Of a stretch of 64,000 nt of DNA, positions 37,043 through 46,274 are shown one piece after another (within the stretch, counting starts at the first letter, position 1; each line of letters begins with the position of its first letter). This DNA is from Patescibacteria group bacterium. GTDB taxonomy: Bacteria > Patescibacteriota > Patescibacteriia > CAIXNZ01. The position numbers were made by a program, and so were the translations under genes. Location: contig JBAZJU010000001.1 in the NCBI GenBank assembly GCA_041651155.1, forward strand, positions 167,619 through 231,618, written 5' to 3'. Under the pieces are notes generated by a model. The model had not been told where the DNA came from. It did not search any database and was given only the letters and a program-made list of their open reading frames with translations.

Positions 37043-37324
37043 TCAGTCATGGATTTTATATCTCATGGCATTTCTCTGATCAACAATTTCTCTGATGATA
37101 AGGTAGATCCAAATCATGACTGTGTTGAGGCAAAAGCAAATCAAGATTTGGACATTCGTCCAATTGCCACTTTTTGATAAGTGGTCCATAAGTACTTGAA
37201 TGGTAGTGAATATTAGACCACCCGAAATGGCAACCACGAAGGTTAGAAGAACGATTTTAATGTAGTTAATTTTGTCTTTCATGTCTTTCCTCCTTTGTTT
37301 GGGGCTATATGATATATTTATCAT
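37043..37324 (-). CDS. small membrane protein
   Basis: ORF with TM helices. Confidence 0.3.
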   Translation of the reverse strand: MINISYSPKQRRKDMKDKINYIKIVLLTFVVAISGGLIFTTIQVLMDHLSKSGNWTNVQILICFCLNTVMIWIYLIIREIVDQRNAMRYKIHD

Positions 37325-37414
37325 ATTTTATTCAATCTGTCAATGGTTGGCGAAAATGGAAATTTTTGTTAAAATAATAGTAAGATTAAGAATAAAGAAA
37401 ATACAATTAAGAAT

Positions 37415-38569
37415 ATGGACGGGTATATTATTATTCACTATGGGGAAATTGCGTTAAAGGGCGGGAACCGCAGTTTTTTTGAAAATAAACTAATTGCCAA
37501 TATCAAACTGGCTTTAGCTGATTTGGGCGAACTTTGGCTAAAACAAGTTGCTGGCAGGATTATTGTTAAAATTGAGGAAGATTATGATTTAAACTTGATC
37601 AAAGCCCAGTTGCAAAAGGTTTTTGGTATTGAGTATTTTGCCTTTGCCTGGAATTCATCCCAGGATTTGAAAGAGCTGGAAAAAGATTTGCTTTCTTTGA
37701 TAAAAACAAAAAAATTTAAAACTTTTAGAATTACTTCGCGAAGAACTAATAAAGAGTTTCCTTTGGATTCTCAAAAGTTAAGCGGGGAATTGGGCGCTAT
37801 GGTAGTTAAGAAATTAAAGAAAAAAGTTGATTTGGAAAATTTTGATTTGAATTGTTATGTTGATATAGTGGAAAATTTTGCATTTTTATATTTTGAAAGA
37901 TTTGAATGCCGGGGCGGGTTGCCTGTTGGCGTGTCTGATAAATTGCTGTGTTTAATTTCTGGCGGCATTGATTCGCCAGTGGCTGCTAATTTAATGCAAA
38001 AAAGGGGAGCGCCCATTGTTTATATCCATTTTGATTCCTATCCTTCCACGCCCAAAGAAAATCAGGAAAAGGTTAAGGACTTGGTTAAGGTCTTAAACGA
38101 TTATCAGTTTGAATCTAAATTATATATAGTACCATTTTTGGAAATTCAAAAAGAAATTTTACAAAAAGCGCCAGAAGATTATCGCGTAATTTTTTATCGC
38201 CGGATGATGTTAAGAATTGCTAAAAAAATTGCGTTCAAAGAAAATGTTTTGGCTTTAGTTACGGGTGAAAGCTTGGGTCAGGTGGCTTCGCAAACTGTTG
38301 AGAATATTCGCGCGATTTCTGAAGCAATTGATTTGCCGATTTTAAGGCCCTTGATCGGTTTTAATAAGGAAGAAATAATTGAAATCGCGGCCAAGATAGG
38401 GACTTATGAACTTTCAATCCAACCTTTTGGAGATTGCTGTTCACTTTATGTCCCTAAACATCCGGTTACCCGCGCGGATTTAAATTTAATTTTGGATACT
38501 GAAAAGGACTGGGGATTTGGGAAATTACTAGAGGAGGTAGTTAGTAAAGCGGAGATTATTAAATTTTAA
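37415..38569 (+). CDS. thiI: tRNA 4-thiouridine synthase ThiI
   Basis: THUMP N-terminus; PP-loop SGGIDSPVAA. Confidence 0.85.
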   Translation: MDGYIIIHYGEIALKGGNRSFFENKLIANIKLALADLGELWLKQVAGRIIVKIEEDYDLNLIKAQLQKVFGIEYFAFAWNSSQDLKELEKDLLSLIKTKKFKTFRITSRRTNKEFPLDSQKLSGELGAMVVKKLKKKVDLENFDLNCYVDIVENFAFLYFERFECRGGLPVGVSDKLLCLISGGIDSPVAANLMQKRGAPIVYIHFDSYPSTPKENQEKVKDLVKVLNDYQFESKLYIVPFLEIQKEILQKAPEDYRVIFYRRMMLRIAKKIAFKENVLALVTGESLGQVASQTVENIRAISEAIDLPILRPLIGFNKEEIIEIAAKIGTYELSIQPFGDCCSLYVPKHPVTRADLNLILDTEKDWGFGKLLEEVVSKAEIIKF

Positions 38570-38640
38570 CTCTGAGATATGAATTATGAGATATGAGATG
38601 ATTTCATAATTCATAGTTCATAATTCGTAATTCAAATATT

Positions 38641-39435
38641 ATGTCTGACAAATATTTTGCCAAAAAAATAAGTTTGCGGCCAGATGAAGAACTGGTGGTT
38701 GTTTTACATCATCATCTGGTGACCTATGCCAAACAAGTTTTGATCACCGCAATTTTAATTTTAGGCGCATTTTTTTTAATGTTTGAGCTTTTTAGCTGGG
38801 GTTCAGCGGGAGTAGCCTTATTTTTGGCCATATTGGGTACGGGCATATTTTACGGAGGTAGAGAATTTTTTATCTGGTATAATAATGTTTTTATTGTAAC
38901 TACCGGCCGGCTGATTGATATTGACCAAAAGGGTTTTTGGCATAAGACAGTTTCAGAAATTGGCTATGACAAAATTTTGGATATTTCTTATTCGGTCAAA
39001 GGATTTATCCAGACTATTTTCCAATTAGGCATTATTAAAATTCAGGCGACAGGCGCGGCTTTGGTTTTACAAAACCTCAAAGAACCGGCCAAAATCAACC
39101 AGCTTTTGGCTGATCTGATAAAAGAGCAGACTGGCAAAAAAATTGAGATTAAAGAAGTAACGGGTATTAATAATAAGCATAAAGAGCAATTAACAGACAA
39201 CTGGCTTAATCAGGAAGAATTGGAAGAATATGAGGATTACAATTTGCCAGAATTGCTTGAAGAATATAAAGAAACATTGGGTGAATTAAGCCTGAAAAAA
39301 TTATTGGTTGATGAGCTCTCAAAGTATGATGAAGATGAGGAGTTTGAAGAGGAAATTGAGCCCGCAGATGCTAAAAAACAAGTAAATAAAGATGAAGACG
39401 AAATTATTGGAAATTTTACGAAAAAAAGGCTATAA
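38641..39435 (+). CDS. membrane protein with bacterial PH (bPH_2/DUF304-like) domain and acidic C-terminal tail
   Basis: Two TM helices followed by a YdbT-like beta region. Confidence 0.45.
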   Translation: MSDKYFAKKISLRPDEELVVVLHHHLVTYAKQVLITAILILGAFFLMFELFSWGSAGVALFLAILGTGIFYGGREFFIWYNNVFIVTTGRLIDIDQKGFWHKTVSEIGYDKILDISYSVKGFIQTIFQLGIIKIQATGAALVLQNLKEPAKINQLLADLIKEQTGKKIEIKEVTGINNKHKEQLTDNWLNQEELEEYEDYNLPELLEEYKETLGELSLKKLLVDELSKYDEDEEFEEEIEPADAKKQVNKDEDEIIGNFTKKRL

Positions 39436-39438
39436 TAT

Positions 39439-39834
39439 ATGCATATGAGAGAAAGAAGAAAAAACAAATTCCTTCCGGATTTATTTTTCTCCAAATTTTT
39501 TCTAATTGCCTGCGTGGCTTTATTTCTGGCAATTTTATTTGGTTTGGCGCAGGGCACAATTAAAAATTATCGCGTGGATTCGGAAATCACCGATTTACAA
39601 AAAGAAATTGCCAATTTAGGCAGGCAGAATCAGGAATTTAGCCAGCTCATTGATTATTTTAAATCAGATAGTTTTATAGAACAGGAGGCAAAATTAAAAA
39701 TGGGTCTTAAAAAACCAGGTGAAAATTTGGTGGTCATCCCGCAAGCCGGGGATGTTTCCAAATCAAGAGAAAATGCAGAGACTGAAAATTTGTCAAACCC
39801 AATGAAATGGTGGCTTTATTTTTTTAAATCATAA
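39439..39834 (+). CDS. septum formation initiator (FtsB/DivIC-like)
   Basis: N-terminal TM helix, coiled coil, and PGENLVVIP motif. Confidence 0.5.
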   Translation: MHMRERRKNKFLPDLFFSKFFLIACVALFLAILFGLAQGTIKNYRVDSEITDLQKEIANLGRQNQEFSQLIDYFKSDSFIEQEAKLKMGLKKPGENLVVIPQAGDVSKSRENAETENLSNPMKWWLYFFKS

Positions 39835-39843
39835 TCATTATCT

Positions 39844-40782
39844 ATGAAGTTTAAATTTTTAGACAAAGCTCGAAAAATAAAATGGAATTCAAAATTTAGA
39901 AATATTTTTATTGCCGGAATATTGATTCTGGCAGTGCTTTTAATCGCAGCCGCTGGAGTTTTAAGCTGGGGGATTTATAAGCTGGCTTGGCAGGGCCCAT
40001 TTATTGAACAGATTTTATCTATTATTCCTTTGCCGGCAGCCAAGGTGAATGGCGCTTATATAACTTATCCGGAATTTTTGCAGAATTTAAAACCTGCGAT
40101 TAAATTTTACACCAAGCAAAAAGAAGCAGGCTTTGGCAATATTCCTACGCCTGAGCAACTTAAAAAAATCGTATTGGAAGATCGTTTGGTCGTTAATATC
40201 TTAGTTAAACAAATTGCTAAGCGCTACAATATCACTGTTAGCCCTGCAGAGATTGAGGCTAAAACTCAGGAAATAATCCAAAATAAAGGCAGCCAGGCTG
40301 AAGTGGAGAAGTTTTTGCAAGATTATTATGGATTGAGCTTGGAAGAATATAAGAAAATTTTTATCGTGCCTAATTTATATTATGATCAGACAAGCGGGGC
40401 TGTAATTGATGATGAAAATATCAATGGAGCGGCCAAAAATAAAATTCAGGAAGCTTTGAGCAAATTAAGGGATGGGGAAGCTTTTGAAGAAGCCGCCAAG
40501 ACTTATAGCGAAGATCCGCTGGCAACCAATAATGCTTCCCAGGAGAATTTTTTAAGAGGAGAACTGCCAAAAGATATAGAGGATCAGCTTTTTGCCATGT
40601 CAGCGGGCGAGTTCACGGATGTATTAACTTTGCCAAACAGCTATGCGATTTTAAAATTAGAGCAAAAAGATGAGGATAAAGGAGTTTTAACAGTGAGAAA
40701 AATTATTGTGAAAATAAAAATCCTGGATGATTTAATCCAGGCAGAAAAGCAAAAATCAAAGATTGAGATTTATGCTTATTGA
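39844..40782 (+). CDS. SurA/PrsA-like peptidyl-prolyl isomerase (parvulin domain, degenerate)
   Basis: N-terminal TM helix, SurA_N-like helical region, and PpiC-like segment FEEAAKTYSEDP..GELP. Confidence 0.45.
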   Translation: MKFKFLDKARKIKWNSKFRNIFIAGILILAVLLIAAAGVLSWGIYKLAWQGPFIEQILSIIPLPAAKVNGAYITYPEFLQNLKPAIKFYTKQKEAGFGNIPTPEQLKKIVLEDRLVVNILVKQIAKRYNITVSPAEIEAKTQEIIQNKGSQAEVEKFLQDYYGLSLEEYKKIFIVPNLYYDQTSGAVIDDENINGAAKNKIQEALSKLRDGEAFEEAAKTYSEDPLATNNASQENFLRGELPKDIEDQLFAMSAGEFTDVLTLPNSYAILKLEQKDEDKGVLTVRKIIVKIKILDDLIQAEKQKSKIEIYAY

Positions 40783-40901
40783 TTTGCTATTGCCATAAAG
40801 CTCGGCCTAGGCCGAAGCCTGGCCATTAGGCCATAAAGCCATAAAGCCATTCTGCCATTAGGCCATAAAGCCTTAGGCATTAGCTAAATGAAGATAAATT
40901 G

Positions 40902-40974
40902 AGCCAACGGTGGGGATCGAACCCACGACCCGCAGTTTACGATACTGCTGCTCTGCCAGCTGAGCTACGTTGGC
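40902..40974 (-). tRNA. tRNA-Thr (anticodon CGU)
   Basis: GCCAACGTAGCTCAGCTGGCAGAGCAGCAGTATCGTAAACTGCGGGTCGTGGGTTCGATCCCCACCGTTGGCT forms a cloverleaf. Confidence 0.85.
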
Positions 40975-41053
40975 GAATTTGAGCGGGATAGGAGAATCGG
41001 ACATGAATTAGGTATATTCTCAATTGCCTGCCCGCCGTAGCAATTAAGTTGTA

Positions 41054-41124
41054 AGCGATGGACGGGAATCGGACCCGCATTATCTGCTTGGGAAGCAGAT
41101 GTACTACCACTGTACTACCATCGC
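41054..41124 (-). tRNA. tRNA-Gly (anticodon CCC)
   Basis: GCGATGGTAGTACAGTGGTAGTACATCTGCTTCCCAAGCAGATAATGCGGGTCCGATTCCCGTCCATCGCT; T-loop is TCCGATT, slightly atypical. Confidence 0.75.
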
Positions 41125-41187
41125 ATAAAATATTGCGAAGGCGGGGGAAGGTCATGTACTGCCACTATACTAATCCCGCAGGGCGAA

Positions 41188-42165
41188 ATGACAAATAACA
41201 AATATCAAATGACAAATAAAATCCAAAATTCAAAACTCAAATTACAAACTTTCAGATTTTGTTTTATTTTGTTATTTATTTTAGCAGTAATTGGCTTGCC
41301 GGTCAATTCTGTTTTTGCTGTTGAAAATCCTTTCGGTAACGAAGCAGACAATCAGCCTGATTTAAGACAAATTCAGTTTATTGATTCTAATGTCCAGCCA
41401 GTTGTTCAACCTGCTAGTGATTTAGCGCCAGAACAAAACGAAGTTCAGGTTGATGGCTCAAATAGCGCAAACGTGATTGTTCTAAATCCTGATGCTTATA
41501 AAATTACCGCTGCTGAGGCAAAAGCCGGCAAAAAATTCAAAGTTTTTGATAATAAATTCATTTTTCAAATTGATAAAAATACTTTTTCTGACAAAGCGAC
41601 TTTGGATTTGACTGAAATGATTTTAACTCCAGGCAGTAAAATGAGTCCGCCTTTGGGTTTTCAAATGGCCAGTAAAATTTACGAGTATAATTTAAAAACC
41701 GAACCTGGAGTAAAATTTAACGAGCCGTTTTGGTTTTCTATTAAATATGACAGCAGCGATTATTTTCGTAAAAATCTTTATTATTATGATGAATTGAAAG
41801 CAGAATGGGTTGGCTTGCCTTCTCTTATTAAAAATGGGGAGAGCAAAATAGTTTCTAATTTTTCTTTGCCTTATGCTAAAGTTGCAATTTTAGAAGATAT
41901 CAGCATTATGACCGAAGGCACTGCTTCCTGGTACAAATATAAAGGCTGTAATTGCGCAGCTTCTCCCGATTATCCCAAAGGCACAAAATTAAAAGTTACT
42001 AATATAGATAATGGCAAATCAGTCATTGTTAAAGTAAATGACTGGGGACCGGATCGTTCTGTCCATCCTACCCGGGTCATTGATTTAGATGTCGTGGCTT
42101 TTAAACAAATTGCCAAAAAATCAGCTGGACTGTGCAAAGTTAAAGTTGAACCTGCAGTCAAATAA
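41188..42165 (+). CDS. secreted protein with C-terminal RlpA-like double-psi beta-barrel domain
   Basis: Signal/TM helix; SWYKYKGCNCAASPDYPKGTKLKVTNIDNGKSVIVKVNDWGPD is an RlpA/DPBB motif. The first ~20 codons are translated from the AT-rich CAAAT-word spacer, so the true start may be downstream. Confidence 0.65.
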   Translation: MTNNKYQMTNKIQNSKLKLQTFRFCFILLFILAVIGLPVNSVFAVENPFGNEADNQPDLRQIQFIDSNVQPVVQPASDLAPEQNEVQVDGSNSANVIVLNPDAYKITAAEAKAGKKFKVFDNKFIFQIDKNTFSDKATLDLTEMILTPGSKMSPPLGFQMASKIYEYNLKTEPGVKFNEPFWFSIKYDSSDYFRKNLYYYDELKAEWVGLPSLIKNGESKIVSNFSLPYAKVAILEDISIMTEGTASWYKYKGCNCAASPDYPKGTKLKVTNIDNGKSVIVKVNDWGPDRSVHPTRVIDLDVVAFKQIAKKSAGLCKVKVEPAVK

Positions 42166-42288
42166 TTATCTCTGCAAATAATTAAATTTTAGATTTAAAT
42201 TAGTGCCTGCCCGCCGACCTGTCCACCGAAGCAATAGCGCAGGTGGAAGTTTAAACGAAGGCAGGATAAATAATCCGTGTTTTAACAC

Positions 42289-42969
42289 ATGATAAATTTT
42301 AAAAAAGTCAGTAAAATATATTATCCCAAGTCAGTGGCTTTAAAGGATATATGCCTGCAGATTATGCCCAAAGAATTTATTTCCATTGTTGGCCAGAGCG
42401 GGGCAGGCAAAAGCACGCTGATTAAAATTTTGACTGCCCAGGAAAAGCCCGAGCAAGGCAGAGTGATTGTCGGCGGCTGGGATATTACGGACATTGGGCA
42501 GAAAGATATTCCTATCTTAAGGCGGCAAATCGGCGTAGTTTATCAGGATTTTAAATTATTGCCGAAAAAAACTGTGTTTGAAAATGTGGCTTTTGCCTTG
42601 GAGGTATGCGGCATTAGCTCTAATAAAATCTGCAATATTATACCTCAGGTTTTAAAAATCGTGGGTTTAAAAGATAAGACTGACCGTTATCCTCACCAGC
42701 TATCCGGGGGAGAGATACAGCGTGCGGCTATTGCCCGCGCCTTGGTGCATCGCCCCAAGATTTTGCTGGCAGATGAGCCCACGGGCAATTTGGACAGCTT
42801 GAACACCAAAGATATTATTGATTTGCTTTTAAAAATAAATGAATTCGGCACCACTGTAATGCTGGTGACCCACAATAAGGACGTGGTAAATCGCATTAAA
42901 AAAAGAGTGGTGCTTCTGGACGCAGGGCAGGTGATTAGTGATCAGGAAGAAGGGAAGTACGTGTTGTAA
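42289..42969 (+). CDS. ftsE: cell-division ABC ATPase FtsE
   Basis: Walker A GQSGAGKST, signature LSGGE, Walker B ILLADEPTG. Confidence 0.9.
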   Translation: MINFKKVSKIYYPKSVALKDICLQIMPKEFISIVGQSGAGKSTLIKILTAQEKPEQGRVIVGGWDITDIGQKDIPILRRQIGVVYQDFKLLPKKTVFENVAFALEVCGISSNKICNIIPQVLKIVGLKDKTDRYPHQLSGGEIQRAAIARALVHRPKILLADEPTGNLDSLNTKDIIDLLLKINEFGTTVMLVTHNKDVVNRIKKRVVLLDAGQVISDQEEGKYVL

Positions 42970-43045
42970 ATGACAAATAACAAATGCCAAATTTCAAATA
43001 AAATTCAAATATAAAATAACAAATTCCAAACATAATTATTTTACG

Positions 43046-43957
43046 ATGCTGACTTCTACATTTAGAGTAATCAAGTTTTCTTTCCAGGATTTTTTTAGGA
43101 ATTTCTGGCTGTCTTTTGTGACTCTGACAATTTTAATCTTGGCTTTGTTTTCCATAAACATGCTGATTATTTTCAATATCACAGCTAAAACTGCCATCGC
43201 CTCAATTGAAAATAAAATTGATATCAGCCTTTACTTTAAGCCTACGGTTTCTGAGGATCAGGTGATGAACGTGCAAAAATATTTGCAGGGCTTAAGCCAG
43301 GTCAAGGAAGTCATTTATATTTCTCAGGTTCAAGCTTTGGAGAACTTTAAGATAAAACATGAGGATAATCCTAAGATTATAGAATCTTTAGCTGAAATTG
43401 AAAAAAATCCTCTGGGTGCCAGCCTGGTGATTAAAGCCAATTCTACGGCTGATTATCCCGTGATTTTAGACAGTTTAAAAGATCCGCAATATAACAATAT
43501 GATTGAGAGCAAGGATTTTGATGACCATAAGCTGGTGATAGACAGAATTTCTGGCATTACCCGCAAGGTTAATTATGGCGTTTTTATCATTGCCGCCATC
43601 TTTACTTTGATTTCTATTTTGATAATTTTTAATGCCATCAGAATGGCGATTTATACTCACCGTGAGGAAATAGCGGCCATGAAGCTGGTGGGCGCAACCA
43701 ACTGGTTTGTGCGCGCGCCTTATTTATTGCAGGGAGTAATTTTTTCCGTCTTAGCTGTTTTAATTACAATCATTATAATTTATCCGCTTTTGGGTTTTAT
43801 CCAGCCATATTTAGCCACGGTTTTGGAGAGCGATTTTAATCTGGTCAGTTATTTTAACCAAAATTTTGCTTTTATTTTTGGCTTAGAACTTTTGGGTGCC
43901 ATTGTTTTAAATCTGATCAGCAGCTATTGGGCGGTTAATAGGTATGTGAAAGTTTAA
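43046..43957 (+). CDS. ftsX: cell-division permease FtsX
   Basis: 4-TM FtsX topology directly downstream of ftsE. Confidence 0.85.
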   Translation: MLTSTFRVIKFSFQDFFRNFWLSFVTLTILILALFSINMLIIFNITAKTAIASIENKIDISLYFKPTVSEDQVMNVQKYLQGLSQVKEVIYISQVQALENFKIKHEDNPKIIESLAEIEKNPLGASLVIKANSTADYPVILDSLKDPQYNNMIESKDFDDHKLVIDRISGITRKVNYGVFIIAAIFTLISILIIFNAIRMAIYTHREEIAAMKLVGATNWFVRAPYLLQGVIFSVLAVLITIIIIYPLLGFIQPYLATVLESDFNLVSYFNQNFAFIFGLELLGAIVLNLISSYWAVNRYVKV

Positions 43958-44190
43958 GGTGAAATTCAAAAATCAAAATCAAAAAACTCGTCTCGGCTTC
44001 GCAGGAAAATTGTTTACATAGTTTTGTGAATTAGCCGAGCCGAAGTCGGAGAAAATAAATTTAAAATCTAAATTTTAAAATAATAAAAATACTTGCGCAA
44101 GCAGGTTTTTTGTTTTTGGACTATTGACTTTTTGGTGATAATACTCTATCTTAAAATCAAGTAGCTAGTAAATTCTAAAAGGAGGAAAGA

Positions 44191-44337
44191 ATGGCCCCTG
44201 AGAAAGAAAAAAAATGCATTATCTGCGGTGAAACCGAGGGCGAATTGCGCAAGATTTTTGAAGAAAAAGACACGTATATTTGCCCTGGCTGCCTGCAGAA
44301 ACTTAGCGACTTTTTAAAAACATATACAGATAAATAG
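44191..44337 (+). CDS. 48-aa zinc-ribbon microprotein resembling the ClpX N-terminal zinc-binding domain
   Basis: Shine-Dalgarno aaaggagg; CIICGETEGELRKIFEEKDTYICPGCL matches the ClpX zinc-binding-domain pattern C-x2-C..RKLI..YIC-x2-C; terminator hairpin at 44346-44376. Below the ORF-track length cutoff. Confidence 0.4.
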   Translation: MAPEKEKKCIICGETEGELRKIFEEKDTYICPGCLQKLSDFLKTYTDK

Positions 44338-44384
44338 CAGATAAAAAAGGCGTTCTATGAATAGGACGCCTTGTTTTTTTTAAA

Positions 44385-44528
44385 TGCTCCTGAAGGGAAT
44401 TGAACCCCCATCTCCAATTGTTTGAATTCCTTTTGTTTAGCCTATGTACACTTAGCTAAGCCGGGATCAAACAATCTCCCAGTTGGGAGGCGTGCCTAGC
44501 CGTTGTTTTGCCATTAAACTACAAGAGC
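44385..44528 (-). ncRNA. 144-nt tRNA-like gene: intact acceptor stem, D-arm and T-arm, anticodon arm replaced by ~85 nt folding into two hairpins
   Basis: 5' GCTCTTG-TA-GTTT-AATGGCA-AAAC .. 3' GGGGG-TTCAATT-CCCTT-CAGGAGC-A. Insert hairpins: ctccc-aact-gggag, and ttgtttga..tcaaacaa enclosing ttagc..gctaa. No canonical anticodon stem-loop found. Confidence 0.4.
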
Positions 44529-44555
44529 ATTAATATTAATTAAATTAACACAGCG

Positions 44556-44795
44556 CTAATTTAGTGTCAAGACCCTACTCTTTTTTAGCATAATGGCGCT
44601 TAGGACAAAAGCCAGGGTGAAGAAAATCGCGCCGTAAAAGCAGGGAGTGTAAACGGGATTAACCACGCCAATAGCGCAGCCAGTTGAGCAGGCGCGCTGG
44701 TTTAAATAGTCAATTAATTCAATAGTGAAGTTTGTCCAGGCAAAAATCGTGCCGCCTAAAAGAATGATAAATTGAGCGATGATGAATTTTTTCAT
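44556..44795 (-). CDS. small membrane protein
   Basis: ORF with two TM helices. Confidence 0.3.
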   Translation of the reverse strand: MKKFIIAQFIILLGGTIFAWTNFTIELIDYLNQRACSTGCAIGVVNPVYTPCFYGAIFFTLAFVLSAIMLKKSRVLTLN

Positions 44796-44810
44796 AAATT
44801 TAGATTTATA

Positions 44811-45683
44811 TTATTTAGAAGTTAAAGCTGATAAGATTAAGACGCCTAAGATTGCCACAATGATGCCGATAATTTGATGCGGTTTCAATTTTTCACGATT
44901 AATAAAAATACCAAGCAGTGTTGCCAAAATGATATAGCTTTCCGAGATCGTAGCGGCAATGGAAATTTTAACATAAATAGTGGCATAGGCATAAGCTAGC
45001 CAGGCGATATTATTAATAAGGCCAAGGCTGCAAATAAGCCAGAGATTTTTTTTAAAATTAACGGCCACGGTACGGAAATTTCCCTGAAAGATGATAACTA
45101 GGGCTGAAGCTGCTGCTATCACGACATGCATGAACCAGACTGTAGTTATGGGCGAGATCTGCTGGCTGGAGAGGCCTATTAATACATTATTTAAGGCCAA
45201 ACCAGCAACATTAAGCCCGGCCAATAAGACTCCTGCTTCAAAAAATATTTTAGTGCGCCATCCTTTCAGATTAGCAGTAACAACAAGCAGAATTCCTAAA
45301 AAAATTAAGATAATTAAAACTGCCTCATAGTTCATTAATCTTTCTCTGGCGAGAATGATGCTGAAAATTACAGTCAGCGGCAGTTCCAGGCCAAAGACAG
45401 GTTCAACTACGCTGATTTTGCCCCGCCTCAGAGCTTCCAGGCCTAAAGGCGCATTGATTATAACTAGAGCGCCTAAAATAGCCAGTAAGCTCCAATTGTC
45501 TACAGCCAATTTGGCCTGGTCATTGATTACAAAAGGCAGAAACAAAATAGCGCCGGCTGTGCCGATAAAAAAGAGTGTTTGCCAGCCGCCGATTTTCCGT
45601 GTTAGTTTTTGCGTGAAAAAGTCGCCAAAGCCCCAGCCAAATAGTGCGATTAGGGCGAAGACGACGCCTAAATATGAGTACAT
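44811..45683 (-). CDS. EamA/DMT-family transporter
   Basis: 10-TM duplicated EamA pattern. Confidence 0.7.
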   Translation of the reverse strand: MYSYLGVVFALIALFGWGFGDFFTQKLTRKIGGWQTLFFIGTAGAILFLPFVINDQAKLAVDNWSLLAILGALVIINAPLGLEALRRGKISVVEPVFGLELPLTVIFSIILARERLMNYEAVLIILIFLGILLVVTANLKGWRTKIFFEAGVLLAGLNVAGLALNNVLIGLSSQQISPITTVWFMHVVIAAASALVIIFQGNFRTVAVNFKKNLWLICSLGLINNIAWLAYAYATIYVKISIAATISESYIILATLLGIFINREKLKPHQIIGIIVAILGVLILSALTSK

Positions 45684-45701
45684 TGTATTTATTTTTTATT
45701 G

Positions 45702-45773
<72 letters not shown>

Positions 45774-45982
45774 ATGGTGATTAATGACAAATGATCAATA
45801 ATCAATAATCAAACAATTTTTAAATTCAAAATTCAAATGTTTAAACTTTGTGTAATTAGTAATATTTATTCAACAAAAATAAAAAAAGAACAAGGTTCTA
45901 TTATTGATATTATAGGGTAAAAATTAGGGAAAGTCAATGGTAGTTGGCGTTTTTTCATATTAAGAATTCATTAAATTTTCAA

Positions 45983-46011
45983 TTGACTTAGCGAGTTTTT
46001 GGGCGTAAAAT
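45983..46011 (+). promoter_or_regulatory. sigma70-like promoter (TTGACT-17-TAAAAT) upstream of the R-M cluster
   Basis: Hexamers and spacing read directly. Confidence 0.45.
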
Positions 46012-46274
46012 GAGATTAAATAAATAAAATTTTAAGTTCTAAAATATGGACAAAAAACGCATTATGCAAAATAAAACTGATGTTGAGCTGGCCAATGATA
46101 AATTGAAGAAAAGCGCTGGCTAAGCTGGCGGCTAATTTTAAAGTTGTTAACGGCTGGCAAAAAAGTGAGCAGGATATTGAAACCAGCTTTACTTTCGAAG
46201 TAAAAAACTATAAAATATAAGTACAATATATACTCCGTTAGGTTCAATTTGGAGCCTATAAAGCTTATCTTATA

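Noticed and set aside
44385-44528. tmRNA (ssrA)
   Set aside because: The tRNA-like ends are present, but 144 nt is far too short for the pseudoknots plus tag reading frame, and no resume codon or tag ORF (..ALAA-like) is visible.
46046-46123. 25-codon ORF (MDKKRIMQNKTDVELANDKLKKSAG) between the promoter and the C5-MTase as an R-M controller (C) protein
   Set aside because: Far too short and has no helix-turn-helix. It may be a leader peptide or noise.
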